DNA of 64,000 nucleotides from an uncultured Acidobacteriota bacterium (GCA_963779415.1 CAVZYA010000001.1:1280001-1344000); one strand, 5' to 3'. Shown: positions 13,755 through 25,318, numbered from the stretch's first letter. The notes: generated by a model not told the origin, from the sequence alone. Numbers and translations are program-made.

Positions 13755-14153
13755 ATGCCAGCGCAAAGAATCGTCGTCGCGCTCCTGTTCGTCGCGCTTC
13801 TACCGATCACGCCTCTCGCAGATGCCGAAACCGAGGTCAACCCATGCGGCGGCGTCCACTTCTTGGAGCACCTCAGCACGATTACGTTCGTCACGAGCGC
13901 ACTACGGCTCCTGAATGGCACCGAAGACTTCAAACTCAGGCGTCTTCGGCGTGCAGCCGCAGATGCGAAATCGCAGCTTGATCGGGGCGTTGTTGTCGAT
14001 GCCGTCGCTCTTCCTAACCTCTCCGAGGGCCTTCGCAGGGCACGAGCCTATGCTGAGAGTCACTCCTTACCCGCCAAAGTCACCGCCGATCTCATGGCTC
14101 TAAAGGCGTGGATTTCTAAGCAGCCATGGGGCCTGTCGTCACCACCACGTTAG
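13755..14153 (+). CDS. Hypothetical secreted protein with foreign-looking composition
   Basis: GGAGG RBS; signal peptide ending PLADA; more A/T-ending codons than neighbours. Confidence 0.65.
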   Translation: MPAQRIVVALLFVALLPITPLADAETEVNPCGGVHFLEHLSTITFVTSALRLLNGTEDFKLRRLRRAAADAKSQLDRGVVVDAVALPNLSEGLRRARAYAESHSLPAKVTADLMALKAWISKQPWGLSSPPR

Positions 14154-14192
14154 GCCGCCGCCTGACCTCGCTATCCTTCATCCCTCAGGGCC

Positions 14193-15256
14193 ATGAGAAT
14201 TCTCGCCCTCGATCTCGGCGCCGGATGGCGCGGCGGACAGAAGCAGACGGCGCTCGTCGCCGCCGCTCTGGCCGCGCGCGGACACGACGTGACGCTCGTC
14301 GCGGCGGACGGCTCCCCTCTCGCGAGCGAGGCGCGCGTCGATGGGCCGCGCCGGGCTCATTCCCGTTCGCGGGCGAGGCGAGGCGTCGCCGCGGCTCCTC
14401 GCCGCGGTCGCCGCAGCGGTTCGTCGGCTCCGCCCGGACGTCCTCTGGGCCTCCGACGGGCGCGGGCACGGGGCCGCCGTCTGGAGCCTCGCGGCGGCAC
14501 GAACGCCCCTCGTAGTCCACCGGCGCGTCGCCTTCCGGCCGGGGCGCGATCCGCTCTCGCGCCTGAAATTCCGGGCGGCACGCCGTTTCGTCGCCATCTC
14601 CGCGGAGGTCGCCCGCGTCCTTTCCGAAGCGGGGATTCCGAAGGAGCGGATCGCCGTCGTTCCGGATGGCCTTCCGGACGAGGCGTTCCTTCACGCGCCG
14701 GCGCCCCCCGCGCCCCCTTTCCGTCTCCTTCACGCCGGGGCCTTCGACGGACTCAAGGGGCAGGACGTCGCCGTCGCGGCACTCGCCCGCGTCGTCGAGG
14801 GGGGAATCGACGCGACGCTCACGTTCCTCGGCGACGGACCGCGGCGCGCCGAGACGGAACGCCTCGCCGGGGAATCCGGGGTCCTTTCGCGCTGCACCTT
14901 CGCCGGCGAGGTCCGGGACGTCCCCGAGCGTCTCGCCGCCTCGCACCTTCTTCTCCTCCCCTCGAGAAGCGAAGGCGCGTCCCTCGTCCTCGTCGAGGCG
15001 ATGGCCGCCGGTTGCCCCGTCCTCGCCCACGACCTTCCGGCGCCGCGCGAGATCTGCGGCGCCGGCGCCGCGGGACGCGCTCGTTCCGACGCTCGAGCCC
15101 CGCGCCTGGGCGGACGCGGTCTCGAGCCTCCTTCGCAACGAGGAGGAACGCCTCCGCCTCGTCGCGGAGGGACGCAGGGCTGCCGCGACGCGGACGCTCG
15201 CCGCGAGCGTCGAGCGGTTCGAAGACGTTCTCGGGGCAGCTCTCGGGGCCGCATGA
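14193..15256 (+). CDS. GT4 glycosyltransferase, two apparent frameshifts (~14345, ~15075)
   Basis: MRILALDLGAGWRGGQKQ, then ERIAVVPDG..KGQD..PSRSEG..LVEAMAAG, then WADAVSSLL in three frames. Confidence 0.8.
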
Positions 15257-16288
15257 GAGTCCTCCTCCGGGCGACGAACTGGGTCGGGGACGTCGCCATG
15301 TCGCTCCCCGCGGTCAAGGCGCTCCGCGCCTCGTTTCCGAAGGATCACCTCGCCGTCCTCGCGCGCCCCTGGGTGGCAGACCTCTACCGCCTTCGTCCGG
15401 AGGTCGACGAGGTTCTCGTCGAGGAGAGCTCCGGCGCTCACGCCGGGTCCGAGGGGCGGCGGCGGCTGGCAGCGGAGATCCGGGAGAGCCGGTTCGAGCG
15501 GGCCGTCGTCTTTCCGACCAGCTTCGGAACAGCCTGGACGGTGCAGCAGGCGGGGATCCCCGAGCGGATCGGCTGGGCCGCCGAGGGGCGTTCGCCGCTT
15601 CTGACACGGGCTCTCCCGCAGCGGCTTCACCGGGGCCGGCACCAGGTCTGGAAGCACCTGCTTCTCGCCGAGGCGGCGGGGGCCGCAATGCCGGCCGCAC
15701 CGGACGCGTCATGGGAGGTGTCGAAGGAGACCTCCGGCATGGGACGGGCTCTCCTCGACGCGGCCGGACTCGCGGGGCGCCCGTTCGCCGCGGTCCACCT
15801 CGCCTCCTTCGCCCACGCCGCCAAGCGGTGGGAGCTTTCCCGCTTCGCCGACCTCCTCGACCGCCTCGCCGCCTGTCAGGGCCTCGCGGCCGTCCTCCTC
15901 GGAAGCGCCGGCGAAGGGGGCGTCAACGCCGAGGCGTCCGCTCTGACGAAGCGTGCGACGCTCTTCGATCTCTCCGGGAAGAGTTCGCTCCCCGAAGTCC
16001 TCGGCGTTCTCTCCCTCGCCCGCCTCTTCGTCGGGAACGACTCGGGGATCGGCCATCTTGCCGCCGCGGTCGGAACGCCGACCGTCACCGTCTTCGGCCC
16101 GACCGATCCGGAAGCCACCCGGCCGTGGGACGGGCCGCGGGGCAACGGAAAGCCGGTCCGGGTCGCGCTCGCGCGCCGGAGGACCGTCTGCGCCCCCTGC
16201 CGCTTCGACGTCTGCCCCCTCGACCACCGGTGCATGACGCGGTCTCGACGTCGAGAGCGTCCTCGAGGCCGTGGCGTCGGTCCTTTGA
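15253..16288 (+). CDS. waaF: LPS heptosyltransferase II (GT9), apparent C-terminal frameshift near 16240
   Basis: RATNWVGDVAMSLP, AKRW, GNDSGIGHLAAAVGTP..FGPTDP, CAPC...CPLDHRCM. Confidence 0.85.
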
Positions 16289-16290
16289 AG

Positions 16291-18583
16291 CTAGCGCCGC
16301 GCCCGTCCAGCGCGTGCAGAAAGCCGAGAGGGCGCGCGAGGCGCGGTCGATCTTCCGGTAGACCGGAATCCCGCCGCGCTGGAGGACGGCCACGAAGTCG
16401 TCGTAGAGGCGGCCCGAGTCGACGTTGACGACGACCGGCTTTCCCGTCCTGCGGAAGAGGCGCAGCAGCTCCTGCGGCAGCGACTCGGGGGCGTGGATGT
16501 TCTCCGAATGTGTCCCGACGAGGTCGGGGGCGAGGTTGTCGAGGGCCGGCGTGACGGGGACGGGCGAGACGATCAGCGCGTCGACCCCCGGGTCCTCGAG
16601 AAGGGCCCCGGCCGCCTCCACGAATTTCGGCGTCTCCGCCATCGGGGTCGCGTCGACCGGGTTGTCCGCGTGGGCGACGGCGGGAAGGCAGGCGGAGAGG
16701 CGCCGCCTCGTCTCCGCCGAGAGGACGGCGGCCGTCAGGCCGAACAGCTCGTCGAGGACGGAGGCGCACTCGAAGCCGGCGTTCGAGAGGATCGCAACCC
16801 GGCGGCCGGCCACCGTCCGGCCGTCGAGCATCGTGAAGATCTTCACGTAGTCCTCGAACATGTCGAGTGTCTCGGTCACGACGACGCCCGCCTGCTCCAT
16901 GAGGGCGCGCGCGACGGCGTAGTCGCCGGCGAGCGAAGCGGTGTGGCTCTGGGCCGCCTTCGCCCCGAGCGGCGTCTTCCCCCCCTTGAAGGCGAGGACC
17001 CGCTTCCCCTTCTGGCGGAGCCGCCGGGCCATCCGGACGAACCGCTCCCCGTCGAGCGGCTGGAACCCCTCGATGTAGCAGGCGAGGATCGAGACGGAGT
17101 CGTCCCGCTCGAAATACTCCAGAAAGTCCGACACGGTCAGGTCCATCTGGTTCCCGAACGAGATCGAGGCCTTCGGAAAGACGATCCCGTCGAGGTTGCT
17201 CGTCAGCGAGACGAGGTAGGCCCCGCTCTGGCTGATCGCCACGAGCCGGTCTCCCGGGGCGTCGTGGAACGGCAGCTTGTAATACGGCACGAAGAAGGTG
17301 TTGTACCGGTGCTTCGAGACGATGCCGAGGCAGTTCCCGCCGACGAGGACCGGACCCCCGTCGGCGCGCGACCGGCTCTCCACGAGCGTCCTCCGGATCT
17401 CCTCGTCGAGGGCGCGCTGCCCCGTCTCCGCGAAGCCCCCCGGGATCAGGATGATGGAGGCCGCCTTCCCCGTCGCGCAGAGCTCCGCGACCGCGTCGCG
17501 CGCTCCCTCCGCGGGGATCGCGATCACGGCGAGGTCCACCGCCTCGGGAAGGTTCCGCCCGCTCGTCACGCACGGGACGCCGTCCACGGCCGGGGCCTTC
17601 GGGTGAACGGCCCAGAGCTTCCCGTAGCGGAGCCCCTCCGAGGCCTTCAGGTTCCGGAGGATGATCCGGCCCGGGGTTCATCACCGTCGTGGACGCCCCG
17701 AAGACGGCGGCGCTCTCCGGCTCGAGGAGGTTCCGGATCTTCCGGATCGGGCGCGAGGGGCGCGCCGTCCGCCTCTCCGACAGATGCGCCTTCCCGTCGG
17801 CCGCCACCCAGCGCCCGTCCGGGCAGAGGAGAAGAGGGTTGATCTCGACCTCTTCCAGCGTCAGCGTGCTCCCGCGGCATCGGGCGCGAACGACGTCGGC
17901 GAGCCGGCCCAGCGCCTCGAGCCTCGCTCGCGACGGCGTCGAGATCGAGCGGCGCCACCGGGTGCAGGCGCGACGGCGAGAAGAGAATCCCGAGGGCCGG
18001 CGCCGCGGCGGCCGCGGCCGCGAGCCCCTCGCGGACGCGACCCGGCGCGAGGATCGCCGTCGAGCCTCCGGCGCTCACGCTCCCGAACCATTCGGTCAGG
18101 ACGCCGCCGAGGCCCAGGACGAGAACCGGTCCGAAGGCGGGGTCCTGCTTCACCGAAACGAGCGTCTCGGCGGCGGGCGATCCCCGACAGGGACGTCAGC
18201 CTTTCGAGCAGGAGGATCCCCGTCCGCCCGGCTCCCGGCGCACGGCGCCCCACGTCGTCCCAGATCTTCCGCGCCGCCCCGAGGACGGCATCCGCCTCCG
18301 AAGGGGCCGACGCCACGCCTCCGACGTCGGACTTGTGGAGGAGATCCGGCGAGACGATCTTCAGGAAGCATCCCGCCCCGCAGAGCGATGCGAGGAAGGA
18401 CTCCGCCCCCGCGGAGAGCCGGCCGCCGGGGGCTCCTTCCCAGAAGAAAGAGCGCGGCACGTCGAAGCCGGCGCCCGCGAGAAGCGCATAGACCTCCTGC
18501 TCGAGGAGGTCCGTCCGTCCGGCGGCGCGGACCGATTCGAAAAGCTCACCGGGGGAGAGCGCGGCCGTCTCTCTCGCGGGCAT
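16291..18583 (-). CDS. ADP-forming acyl-CoA synthetase (acetate-CoA ligase family), ATP-grasp domain first; several frameshifts
   Basis: LKIVSPDLLHKSDVGGV and QDPAFGPVLVLGLGG, then VDLAVIAIP, GGFAE, NCLGI, SQSGA, SHTASLAG; 3' end approximate. Confidence 0.8.
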
Positions 18584-18585
18584 CT

Positions 18586-19149
18586 TCAGCCCCTCCGCTT
18601 CAGCTCTTCGTCCACGTGACGACAGATGAGGTGGATTGCGGCGAGATGCAGCTCCTGCACGTGCGCCGTCTCGGCGGACGGGACGACGAGGCCGACGTCC
18701 CACTGCTGGGCCTCCGCCCGCCCCTTCGCCCCCGTCATCAGGATCGTCGACATCCCCTTCGACCTCGCGGCGTCGAGCGCCTTGAGGACGTTCGGGCTCG
18801 AGCCGGACGTGGAGATCCCGACGGCCACGTCGCCGCTCCTGCCGAGCGCCTCCACCTGCCGCGAGAAGACAGTCTCGTACCCGTAGTCGTTCGCGCAGGC
18901 GGTCAGGATCGAGACGTCCGACGCGAGGGCGACGGCCGGAAGGGCGGGCCGGTCGTCCTTGTACCGGACGACCAGCTCGGCCGCGAAATGCTGCGCCTGC
19001 GTCGCGCTCCCCCCGTTGCCGAAGACGAGCGTCATCCGGCCGGAGAGCGCGGCGTCGGCGACGAGGGCCGCCGCCCGCGCCACCGCGGGACCGATCGTCC
19101 GTTCCGCCTCCGAGGCGAGCTGGGCGAGATCGGTGAAGTAGGACTTCAT
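18586..19149 (-). CDS. gmhA: Phosphoheptose isomerase
   Basis: GNGGSATQAQHFAAEL, NDYGYETVFSRQV, ISTSGSSPNV, QELH. Confidence 0.93.
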   Translation of the reverse strand: MKSYFTDLAQLASEAERTIGPAVARAAALVADAALSGRMTLVFGNGGSATQAQHFAAELVVRYKDDRPALPAVALASDVSILTACANDYGYETVFSRQVEALGRSGDVAVGISTSGSSPNVLKALDAARSKGMSTILMTGAKGRAEAQQWDVGLVVPSAETAHVQELHLAAIHLICRHVDEELKRRG

Positions 19150-20606
19150 TCGCCGCTTCCTTTCGCGCGCGTGAGCATGGAGGTCGTCGAGCGTCCCGCG
19201 ACGAGCGGGATCAGCTCCACCCGTCCGCCGTAGGAGCGGACGAACGGCGCGCCGACCACGGTCGCCTCGGTGTAGTCGCCCCCCTTGACGAGAACGTCGG
19301 GCCGGACGAGTTCGATCAGCCTTTCCGGCGTCTCCTCCTCGAAGAGGACGACGAAGTCGACCGCGTCGAGCCCCCCGAGCACCTGCGCCCGGTCGTGCTC
19401 GGAGAGGATCGGGCGCTCCGGCCCCTTGAGCCTCCGGACCGACGCGTCGCTGTTCAGGCCGACGACGAGGAGGTCCCCGCGCTTGCGCGCCTCGGTGAGG
19501 AGCCGGATGTGCCCGGGATGGAGGAGGTCGAAGCAGCCGTTCGTGAAGACGATCTTCCGGTGCGCCCGCCGGAGCGTCGAGGCGACGGCGGCGAGGTGGG
19601 CCCGGTCGAGGAGCTTCTCCTCCGGCGACGCCGTGAGCCCCTCGAGGAGGTCGGCCCAGTGGACGGGAGCCGTCCCGACCCGGGCCACGGCGCACCCGGC
19701 GGCCCGGTTCGCGACCTCGGCGGCCGCGGCGAGGTCGAGGCCGGCGCCGAGCGCGACGCCGAGGGCGGCGAGGACCGTATCCCCGGCTCCGGTCACGTCG
19801 AAGACCTCCCGGGCGCGGGCGCGGATGCGGCGCGGCTCGTCGCGGCCGTCGAGGAGGAGCATCCCCTCCTCGGAGAGCTTCACGAGGAGCGCGTCGAGCG
19901 AAAGGTCCCGCCGGAGGCGCTCGCCGATCGCCGCGACGTCCGCGACGTCGCGCGCGCCGTCTCGCCCGCCACGGTCTCCAGCTCCTTCCGGTTCGGCGTC
20001 ACGCATCGTGGCGCCGCGGTAGCGGCCGTAGTCGCGCCCCTTCGGATCGACGAGGACCGGGATCCCCTTCCGCCTCGCCGCGGCGATGAGCTCCGAGAGG
20101 AGCGCCGGCGTCAGCGTCCCTTTCGCGTAGTCGGAGAGGAGGAGGACGTCGGCCGTCCTCGACCGCCCGGAGCGCGGCGGCGGTGAGCTCCCGCTCGGCC
20201 CCGGGCGAGAGCCCCGCGGCCAGCTCCTGGTCGACGCGGAGCATCTGCCGCCCCTCCGAGACCATCCGGCGCTTGACCGGCGTCGTCCGGAGCGGATCGG
20301 CGACGATCGTTCCGCGCGCACCGGGGAGCGTCGTCAGCCGCCGCGCGAGCCACGCCCCCTCTTCCTCCGGGCCGACGGCGCCGAGGGCGATGACGTGCCC
20401 GCCGAGCGCGGAGAGGTTCTCGACGACGTTGCCCGCGCCGCCGGCCCGCCGGCTCATCGCCGAGAGGTTGAGGAGCGGCACGGGCGCCTCGGGGGCGACG
20501 CGCGTCACCTCCCCGTCCAGGTCTCGTCGAGCATCAGGTCTCCCGCGACGGCGACCGTGACGCTCGCCGCCGCGTCGGCGAGGGCGGCCAGCTCCCGCGG
20601 CGTCAC
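19146..20606 (-). CDS. hldE: Bifunctional heptose-7-P kinase / heptose-1-P adenylyltransferase, several frameshifts
   Basis: GDLMLD, PEAPVP, GGAGNV, SDYAKG, DVTGAGDT, FTNGCFDLLHPGH, GLNSDASV, VKGGDY. Confidence 0.9.
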
Positions 20607-21547
20607 GCCCGCTCCCCGAGGCCGAGGAGGAGCGCTTTCGCGAGGAGCGGCACGGTGATCTCGTGGTGCCCCGTGATCGCGTACGAGGCGCCCCCCGCGA
20701 GGATCGGCCGCTTCAGGACGTTCTCGTGGGGGCGGTAGTGGCGGATCATGTCGAGGTCGACGGTCGTGAAGTTCCTCACGTCGTGGCCGAGGTTCCGCGA
20801 GAGGGAGAGCGCCTTGAGGAAGACCTCGGGGAGGATGACCGAGGAGCCGGCGTTGATCCAGACCCCCCCGTCCCCGAGCCGCGCGACGACCCCCTGGATC
20901 GTCCGGAAGTCGCGCATCGACATCTCGCCGACGAGCGCGCCGTCCATCCCCGGCTGCTGCGCCAGCGTGTCCGTCCCGAGCGCCACGTGGACGGTCAGCG
21001 GCACTTCCCGCTCCGCCGCGGCGGCGAAGAGCGAAAGGTGGCGGAAGGGATACCGGCTCCGCCGGAGAAACTCCCCGAGCGCCCGGCCGTAGCCCCACCC
21101 TTTCGGCCGCCCCGCGCGGAGGGCGCGGAAGATGCCGACCCCCGTCTCGCGGCTCATCCCGAACTCGCCGTCCGAGAGGACCGACCCGACGTCCTCGGAG
21201 GTCGCCCCGTGGTAGGCCAGCTCGAAGTCGTGAATTCCGCTCGCGCCGTTCGTCGCGAGCGCCGTGACGTACCCCTCGCGCAGGAGCGCGAGAATCGAGG
21301 GGGTGAGGCCCGTCTTCACGACGTGCGCGCCGAAGGCGAAGACGACGGGTTTCTTCTTCCGGCGCGCGGCGGCGATCGCTCGGACGACCGCCCGGAGCGC
21401 GTCGGCGGCGAGAAGGTGGGGCAGGCCGTCCCAGAAGGCCGTGAACGAGTCGTCGACGCCGGGCGGAGCGCCGAGGTCCTTCACGTGGACCTTGAAGCGG
21501 CGCGTCGCGATCGGATAGGTCCGGGCCCGGCGGCGGATCGCGGCCAT
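20603..21547 (-). CDS. Conserved deoxyhypusine-synthase-like protein (GSU2086 type), function unknown
   Basis: GAHVVKTG, NGASGIHDFELA..G.TSEDV, GSSVILPEVFLKAL, HYRP..NV, GHHE motifs. Confidence 0.7.
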   Translation of the reverse strand: MAAIRRRARTYPIATRRFKVHVKDLGAPPGVDDSFTAFWDGLPHLLAADALRAVVRAIAAARRKKKPVVFAFGAHVVKTGLTPSILALLREGYVTALATNGASGIHDFELAYHGATSEDVGSVLSDGEFGMSRETGVGIFRALRAGRPKGWGYGRALGEFLRRSRYPFRHLSLFAAAAEREVPLTVHVALGTDTLAQQPGMDGALVGEMSMRDFRTIQGVVARLGDGGVWINAGSSVILPEVFLKALSLSRNLGHDVRNFTTVDLDMIRHYRPHENVLKRPILAGGASYAITGHHEITVPLLAKALLLGLGERA

Positions 21548-21559
21548 CGGCGTCCCCGC

Positions 21560-22060
21560 CTACCTCGGAGCCCCGAGCGCCGTGCGGATCGCCCCGGCGA
21601 ACGCCGCCTCGCTCTGCGGCCCCGCGAGCCGGGCCGCGACCGCCCCTTTCCGGTCGTAGACGATCGTGTAGGGGAGCGTCCCGTCCCAGCTCCGGTCGGC
21701 CGCGTCGATGAAGGTCTGTGGGTCGGCCGTCTTCACCTGCCAGCAGACGAACGGGACCTTCTCCTCCTTGAGGAACTTCGGAACCGCCGGGGCGGTCTTC
21801 GCCGTGTCCGTCGCGACGAGGACGACGGCGACGTCCTTCGCCGAAAAGCCGGAGGCCGCGGCCGCGAGCCGCGGCATCTCTTCCCGGCAGGGGATGCACC
21901 ACGTCGCCCAGAAGTTGACGACGAGGACGCGTCCTTTCTTCGCCTCCACGATCCGCGGGCGGTACTGCTCCGGCCGGAGGAGCTTCACCGGCTCGGCGGC
22001 GGCCGGCGCCCCGAAAAGGAGGAGCGCCGCCGCGAGAAGAAAGAGTCGGCGCGTTCTCAA
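21560..22060 (-). CDS. TlpA-family exported thiol-disulfide oxidoreductase
   Basis: Signal peptide; VNFWATWCIPCREEMP; TTGA overlap start. Confidence 0.85.
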   Translation of the reverse strand: MRTRRLFLLAAALLLFGAPAAAEPVKLLRPEQYRPRIVEAKKGRVLVVNFWATWCIPCREEMPRLAAAASGFSAKDVAVVLVATDTAKTAPAVPKFLKEEKVPFVCWQVKTADPQTFIDAADRSWDGTLPYTIVYDRKGAVAARLAGPQSEAAFAGAIRTALGAPR

Positions 22061-22644
22061 ATCCGCTTGATCGTGCAGCCGAACGCCTTCGTCTCGGCGA
22101 CGGGCACCGGCTTGCCAACGAGGAAGGCGTCGAGGGCGTTCCGGAAATCGGGCGACCGGACGCTCTTCGCGTCGTCCTCGTTCTCGTCGATCCGTCCGTG
22201 ATAGATCAGCTTTCCCGAGCCGTCGAGGAGGAAGACCTCGGGGGTCTTCTGCGCCCCGTACGCGTCGGCCACCTTGTTCCCCTCGTCCTTCACGACGAAG
22301 AAGCCGAAGCCGTGCTTCCTCGCGTGCTCGGCGGTCTCGGCGGCCGGCTCCGTCTTGTTCGAGTTGATCCCGACGAAGGCGACCCCCTTCGCCATGTACT
22401 CCTTCGCGAGCGCGGCCATCCGCTCGTTGTAGGCGTTCGAGACGGGGCACTTCGTGGCGATGAAGAGGACGGCGACTCCCTTGTTCTTCGAGAGCAGCTC
22501 CTTGAGCGAAACGGGCTTTCCGTCGCGCGCCGCGGGGAGCGTGAAGTCGGGCGCGGTCGTGCCGATGGCGAGATTGGCGGCCGGGGCGGCGGCGGCCGCG
22601 AGAATCGCCCCGAAGGTCAGCGCGGCGATGCGGGCGAGGTTCAT
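22057..22644 (-). CDS. Exported AhpC/TSA-like thioredoxin-fold protein
   Basis: Signal peptide; APDFTLP, TKCPVS, GINSN, GAQKTPE, YHGRID, GCTIK. Confidence 0.85.
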   Translation of the reverse strand: MNLARIAALTFGAILAAAAAPAANLAIGTTAPDFTLPAARDGKPVSLKELLSKNKGVAVLFIATKCPVSNAYNERMAALAKEYMAKGVAFVGINSNKTEPAAETAEHARKHGFGFFVVKDEGNKVADAYGAQKTPEVFLLDGSGKLIYHGRIDENEDDAKSVRSPDFRNALDAFLVGKPVPVAETKAFGCTIKRI

Positions 22645-24866
22645 CGGGATCCCCCCATGAGTCGTTCGAAGGCGTTCTCCCAGATCGCGCGAAGCTCCGC
22701 CGCCGGGCGGTCGATGACGACGGCGCCGTTCACCGCGAGGCGCAGCGCGCCCGACGTCACGCGGCCGAGCAGCGAAGTCGGAACCCGGAGGCGGCGCGCC
22801 GCGGAGAGGACGGTCATCTCGCGCCCCGGCTCGAACGAGACGAGCGCGCGCGGGAAGGACTGGGAGAAGAGGGCCCGCGTCGCGGAGAGCGGCGTGAGAA
22901 GAGCGAGGTCGGCGCCGCGCGTCGCCTGGCCGAAGCAGGCCTCGGCCGCAGCCACCGCGAGCCCCCCCTCCCCGAGGTCGTGCGCGGAGGCGAGGATGGC
23001 GTCCTCGGCCAGCTCGGAGAGGAGCGTGACGAGGGCTTTCACCGCCGCGAGGTCGAGCGTCGGGCAGGGGCCCTCGTCCCGGCCGAGAACGGTCGCGAGG
23101 TACTCGCTCGCCCCCAGCTCGTCGCGCGTCTCGCCGAGGAGCGCCACGACGTCCCCTTCCCGGACGAAGCACGACGGGATCGCCCGTGCCACGTCCGGGA
23201 CGAGGCCGACCATCCCGACCGTCGGCGTCGGGAGGATGGAGCGTCCGTCTGTCTCGTTGTAGAGCGAGACGTTCCCCGAGACGACGGGCGTCTCCAGCGC
23301 GCGGCACGCCCCGGCGATTCCGCGGATCCCGGCGGCGAACTGTCCGAGAATCTCCGGCCGCTCGGGGTTGCCGTAGTTCAGGCAATCGGTCACCGCGAGC
23401 GGCCGCGCTCCCGCGCACGCCACGTTCAGGGCCGACTCCGCGACGGCGAACGCCGCCCCGCGCTTCGGGTCGGCCGTGCAGTAGCGAGGGTTCACGTCCG
23501 CCGCGATGGCGAGCCCCTTCGTCGTTCCGGGGACCCGGATCACCGCCGCGTCGCCTCCGGGTCCCTTCACCGTGTTCGTCCGGACGGTGTGGTCGTACTG
23601 CGTCCAGATCCAGCGCTTGCTCGAGAGGTTCGGGGAGGAGAGGAGACGGACCAGCGCCTCCCCGTCATCCGGCCCCCCCGGGATCGGGACGGAGACCGGT
23701 TCCTCGGGCGATCCGGCCGGCATCGAGACCGGGCGGCGGTAGACGGGGGCGTCGTGGACGAGGGGGGCGATCTCGAGGTCGGTCACGAGCTTCCCCTCGA
23801 AGAGGAGCTGCATCCGTGGCTCGCGGATCACCTCCCCCATCACGACCGCGTCGACGCCCCAGCGTCGGAAGACGCGCGCCACCTCTTCCTCGCGCCCCTT
23901 CCGCGCCACGATCACCATCCGCTCCTGCGATTCGGAGAGCATCAGCTCGTACGGCGTCATCCCCGTCTCGCGCCTCGGAACCTTCGAGAGGTCGAGCCGC
24001 ATCCCGACGCCGCCGCGCGAGCACATCTCGAACGTGGACGACGTCAGCCCGGCGGCCCCCATGTCCTGGATCGCGACGACGGCGTCTCCCTCCAGCACCT
24101 CGAGGACCGCCTCGAGGAGGAGCTTCTCCACGAACGGGTCCCCCACCTGCACCGTCGGGCGCCGCTGGGACTTCTGGTCGTCGAAGACGTCGGACGCCAT
24201 CGAGGCGCCGTGGATACCGTCCCGCCCCGTCTTCGAGCCGACGTAGAGAACCGGGTTCCCCGGCCCCGACGCCTTCGCGCGGAAGATCCGGTCGTGCCGG
24301 ACGACGCCGACCGCCATCGCGTTGACGAGGATGTTCTTGTTGTACGCGGGGTGGAAGAACGTCATCCCCCCGACCGTCGGGACGCCGATGCAGTTCCCGT
24401 AGCCGCCGATCCCGCGGACGACCCCGTCGACGAGGTCGTGCATCCGCGGGGCCGCGGGGTCGCCGAAGAAGAGCGGGTCGAGGATGGCGATGGGGCGTGC
24501 CCCCATCGTGAAGACGTCCCGGAGGATCCCCCCCACTCCCGTCGCCGCCCCCTGGTACGGCTCGATGAACGAAGGGTGGTTGTGCGACTCCATCTTGAAG
24601 ACGACCGCCCACCCGTCCCCGATGTCCACGGCGCCCGCGTTCTCCCCCGGCCCCTGCAGGACCCGCGGCCCCGTCGTCGGGAACTCCTTCAGGTAGACCC
24701 GCGACGACTTGTAGGAGCAGTGCTCGCTCCAGAGGGCCGAGTAGATCCCCAGCTCGGTGATGTTCGGGACCCGCCCGAGGATCGCCTTGATCCGCTCGAA
24801 CTCGTCGGCCGAGATCCCGTGCTCGGCCGCCAGGGCGGGCGTCACCGCCGCCGCAACGTTCGTCAT
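22641..24866 (-). CDS. purL: FGAM synthase subunit PurL (small form)
   Basis: [47 protein letters not shown]. Confidence 0.96.
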   Translation of the reverse strand: MTNVAAAVTPALAAEHGISADEFERIKAILGRVPNITELGIYSALWSEHCSYKSSRVYLKEFPTTGPRVLQGPGENAGAVDIGDGWAVVFKMESHNHPSFIEPYQGAATGVGGILRDVFTMGARPIAILDPLFFGDPAAPRMHDLVDGVVRGIGGYGNCIGVPTVGGMTFFHPAYNKNILVNAMAVGVVRHDRIFRAKASGPGNPVLYVGSKTGRDGIHGASMASDVFDDQKSQRRPTVQVGDPFVEKLLLEAVLEVLEGDAVVAIQDMGAAGLTSSTFEMCSRGGVGMRLDLSKVPRRETGMTPYELMLSESQERMVIVARKGREEEVARVFRRWGVDAVVMGEVIREPRMQLLFEGKLVTDLEIAPLVHDAPVYRRPVSMPAGSPEEPVSVPIPGGPDDGEALVRLLSSPNLSSKRWIWTQYDHTVRTNTVKGPGGDAAVIRVPGTTKGLAIAADVNPRYCTADPKRGAAFAVAESALNVACAGARPLAVTDCLNYGNPERPEILGQFAAGIRGIAGACRALETPVVSGNVSLYNETDGRSILPTPTVGMVGLVPDVARAIPSCFVREGDVVALLGETRDELGASEYLATVLGRDEGPCPTLDLAAVKALVTLLSELAEDAILASAHDLGEGGLAVAAAEACFGQATRGADLALLTPLSATRALFSQSFPRALVSFEPGREMTVLSAARRLRVPTSLLGRVTSGALRLAVNGAVVIDRPAAELRAIWENAFERLMGGSR

Positions 24867-24909
24867 CAGGGTCGTAGTTTAGAGGAAGGGGCAGCCGGTG
24901 AATCCGGCG

Positions 24910-25179
24910 TCACGCGACTTCGTGGCGCACGTGCAGCCTTCCCGCCTCGCGAAGCTGGAGAAGGATGGAGGAGGGGCTCAGCTCGAAGCCGTTCGGCCAG
25001 CAGAGGGCGCCAAGCTCGAGAAAACACCGACGGAAGAGCTCCGGATCTCGCAGGGGGCGGACCATGACCGTGTCGCGGGCCACCAGCGGCCCGACGTCGT
25101 AGTCACCCGTGGAGCCGTCCGAGAACTCCAGCCGGACGACAAACCCTTCGAGCGGCACGGCGCGGACGATCCTAATCAT
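24910..25179 (-). CDS. DUF2442 family protein (putative antitoxin)
   Basis: VRLEFSDGSTG.YD...PLRDPELF.....GALCWPNGFELSP pattern; overlaps the upstream DUF4160 tail. Confidence 0.8.
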   Translation of the reverse strand: MIRIVRAVPLEGFVVRLEFSDGSTGDYDVGPLVARDTVMVRPLRDPELFRRCFLELGALCWPNGFELSPSSILLQLREAGRLHVRHEVA

Positions 25180-25318
25180 TGTCGGCTCCCGGGATTCGCT
25201 CCAACGGCTGCAAAGCCCGTCCCTTCTCCCAGTTTCTCATGAGCGCGGCCCTGTTTTCGAGACACCACTCGCGAGCCAGCCGGGCCGCGCGCTCCGGAAA
25301 CCGGCCATCGATGATCTC
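25172..25318 (-). pseudogene. DUF4160 family putative toxin, 3' half only
   Basis: EIIDGRFPERAARLAREWCLENRAALMRNWEK..QPLERIPG matches the family C-terminus; the N-terminal His-motif half is absent and replaced by IS sequence. Confidence 0.65.

Noticed and set aside
14149-14155. GTTAGGC as an attC core site
   Set aside because: It overlaps the ORF stop and has no upstream palindrome; the adjacent GCCTGAC fits the cassette model better.
14341-16428. GT4-WaaF fusion protein (695 aa)
   Set aside because: Produced by frameshifts; the ATGA overlap at 15253-15256 shows two genes.
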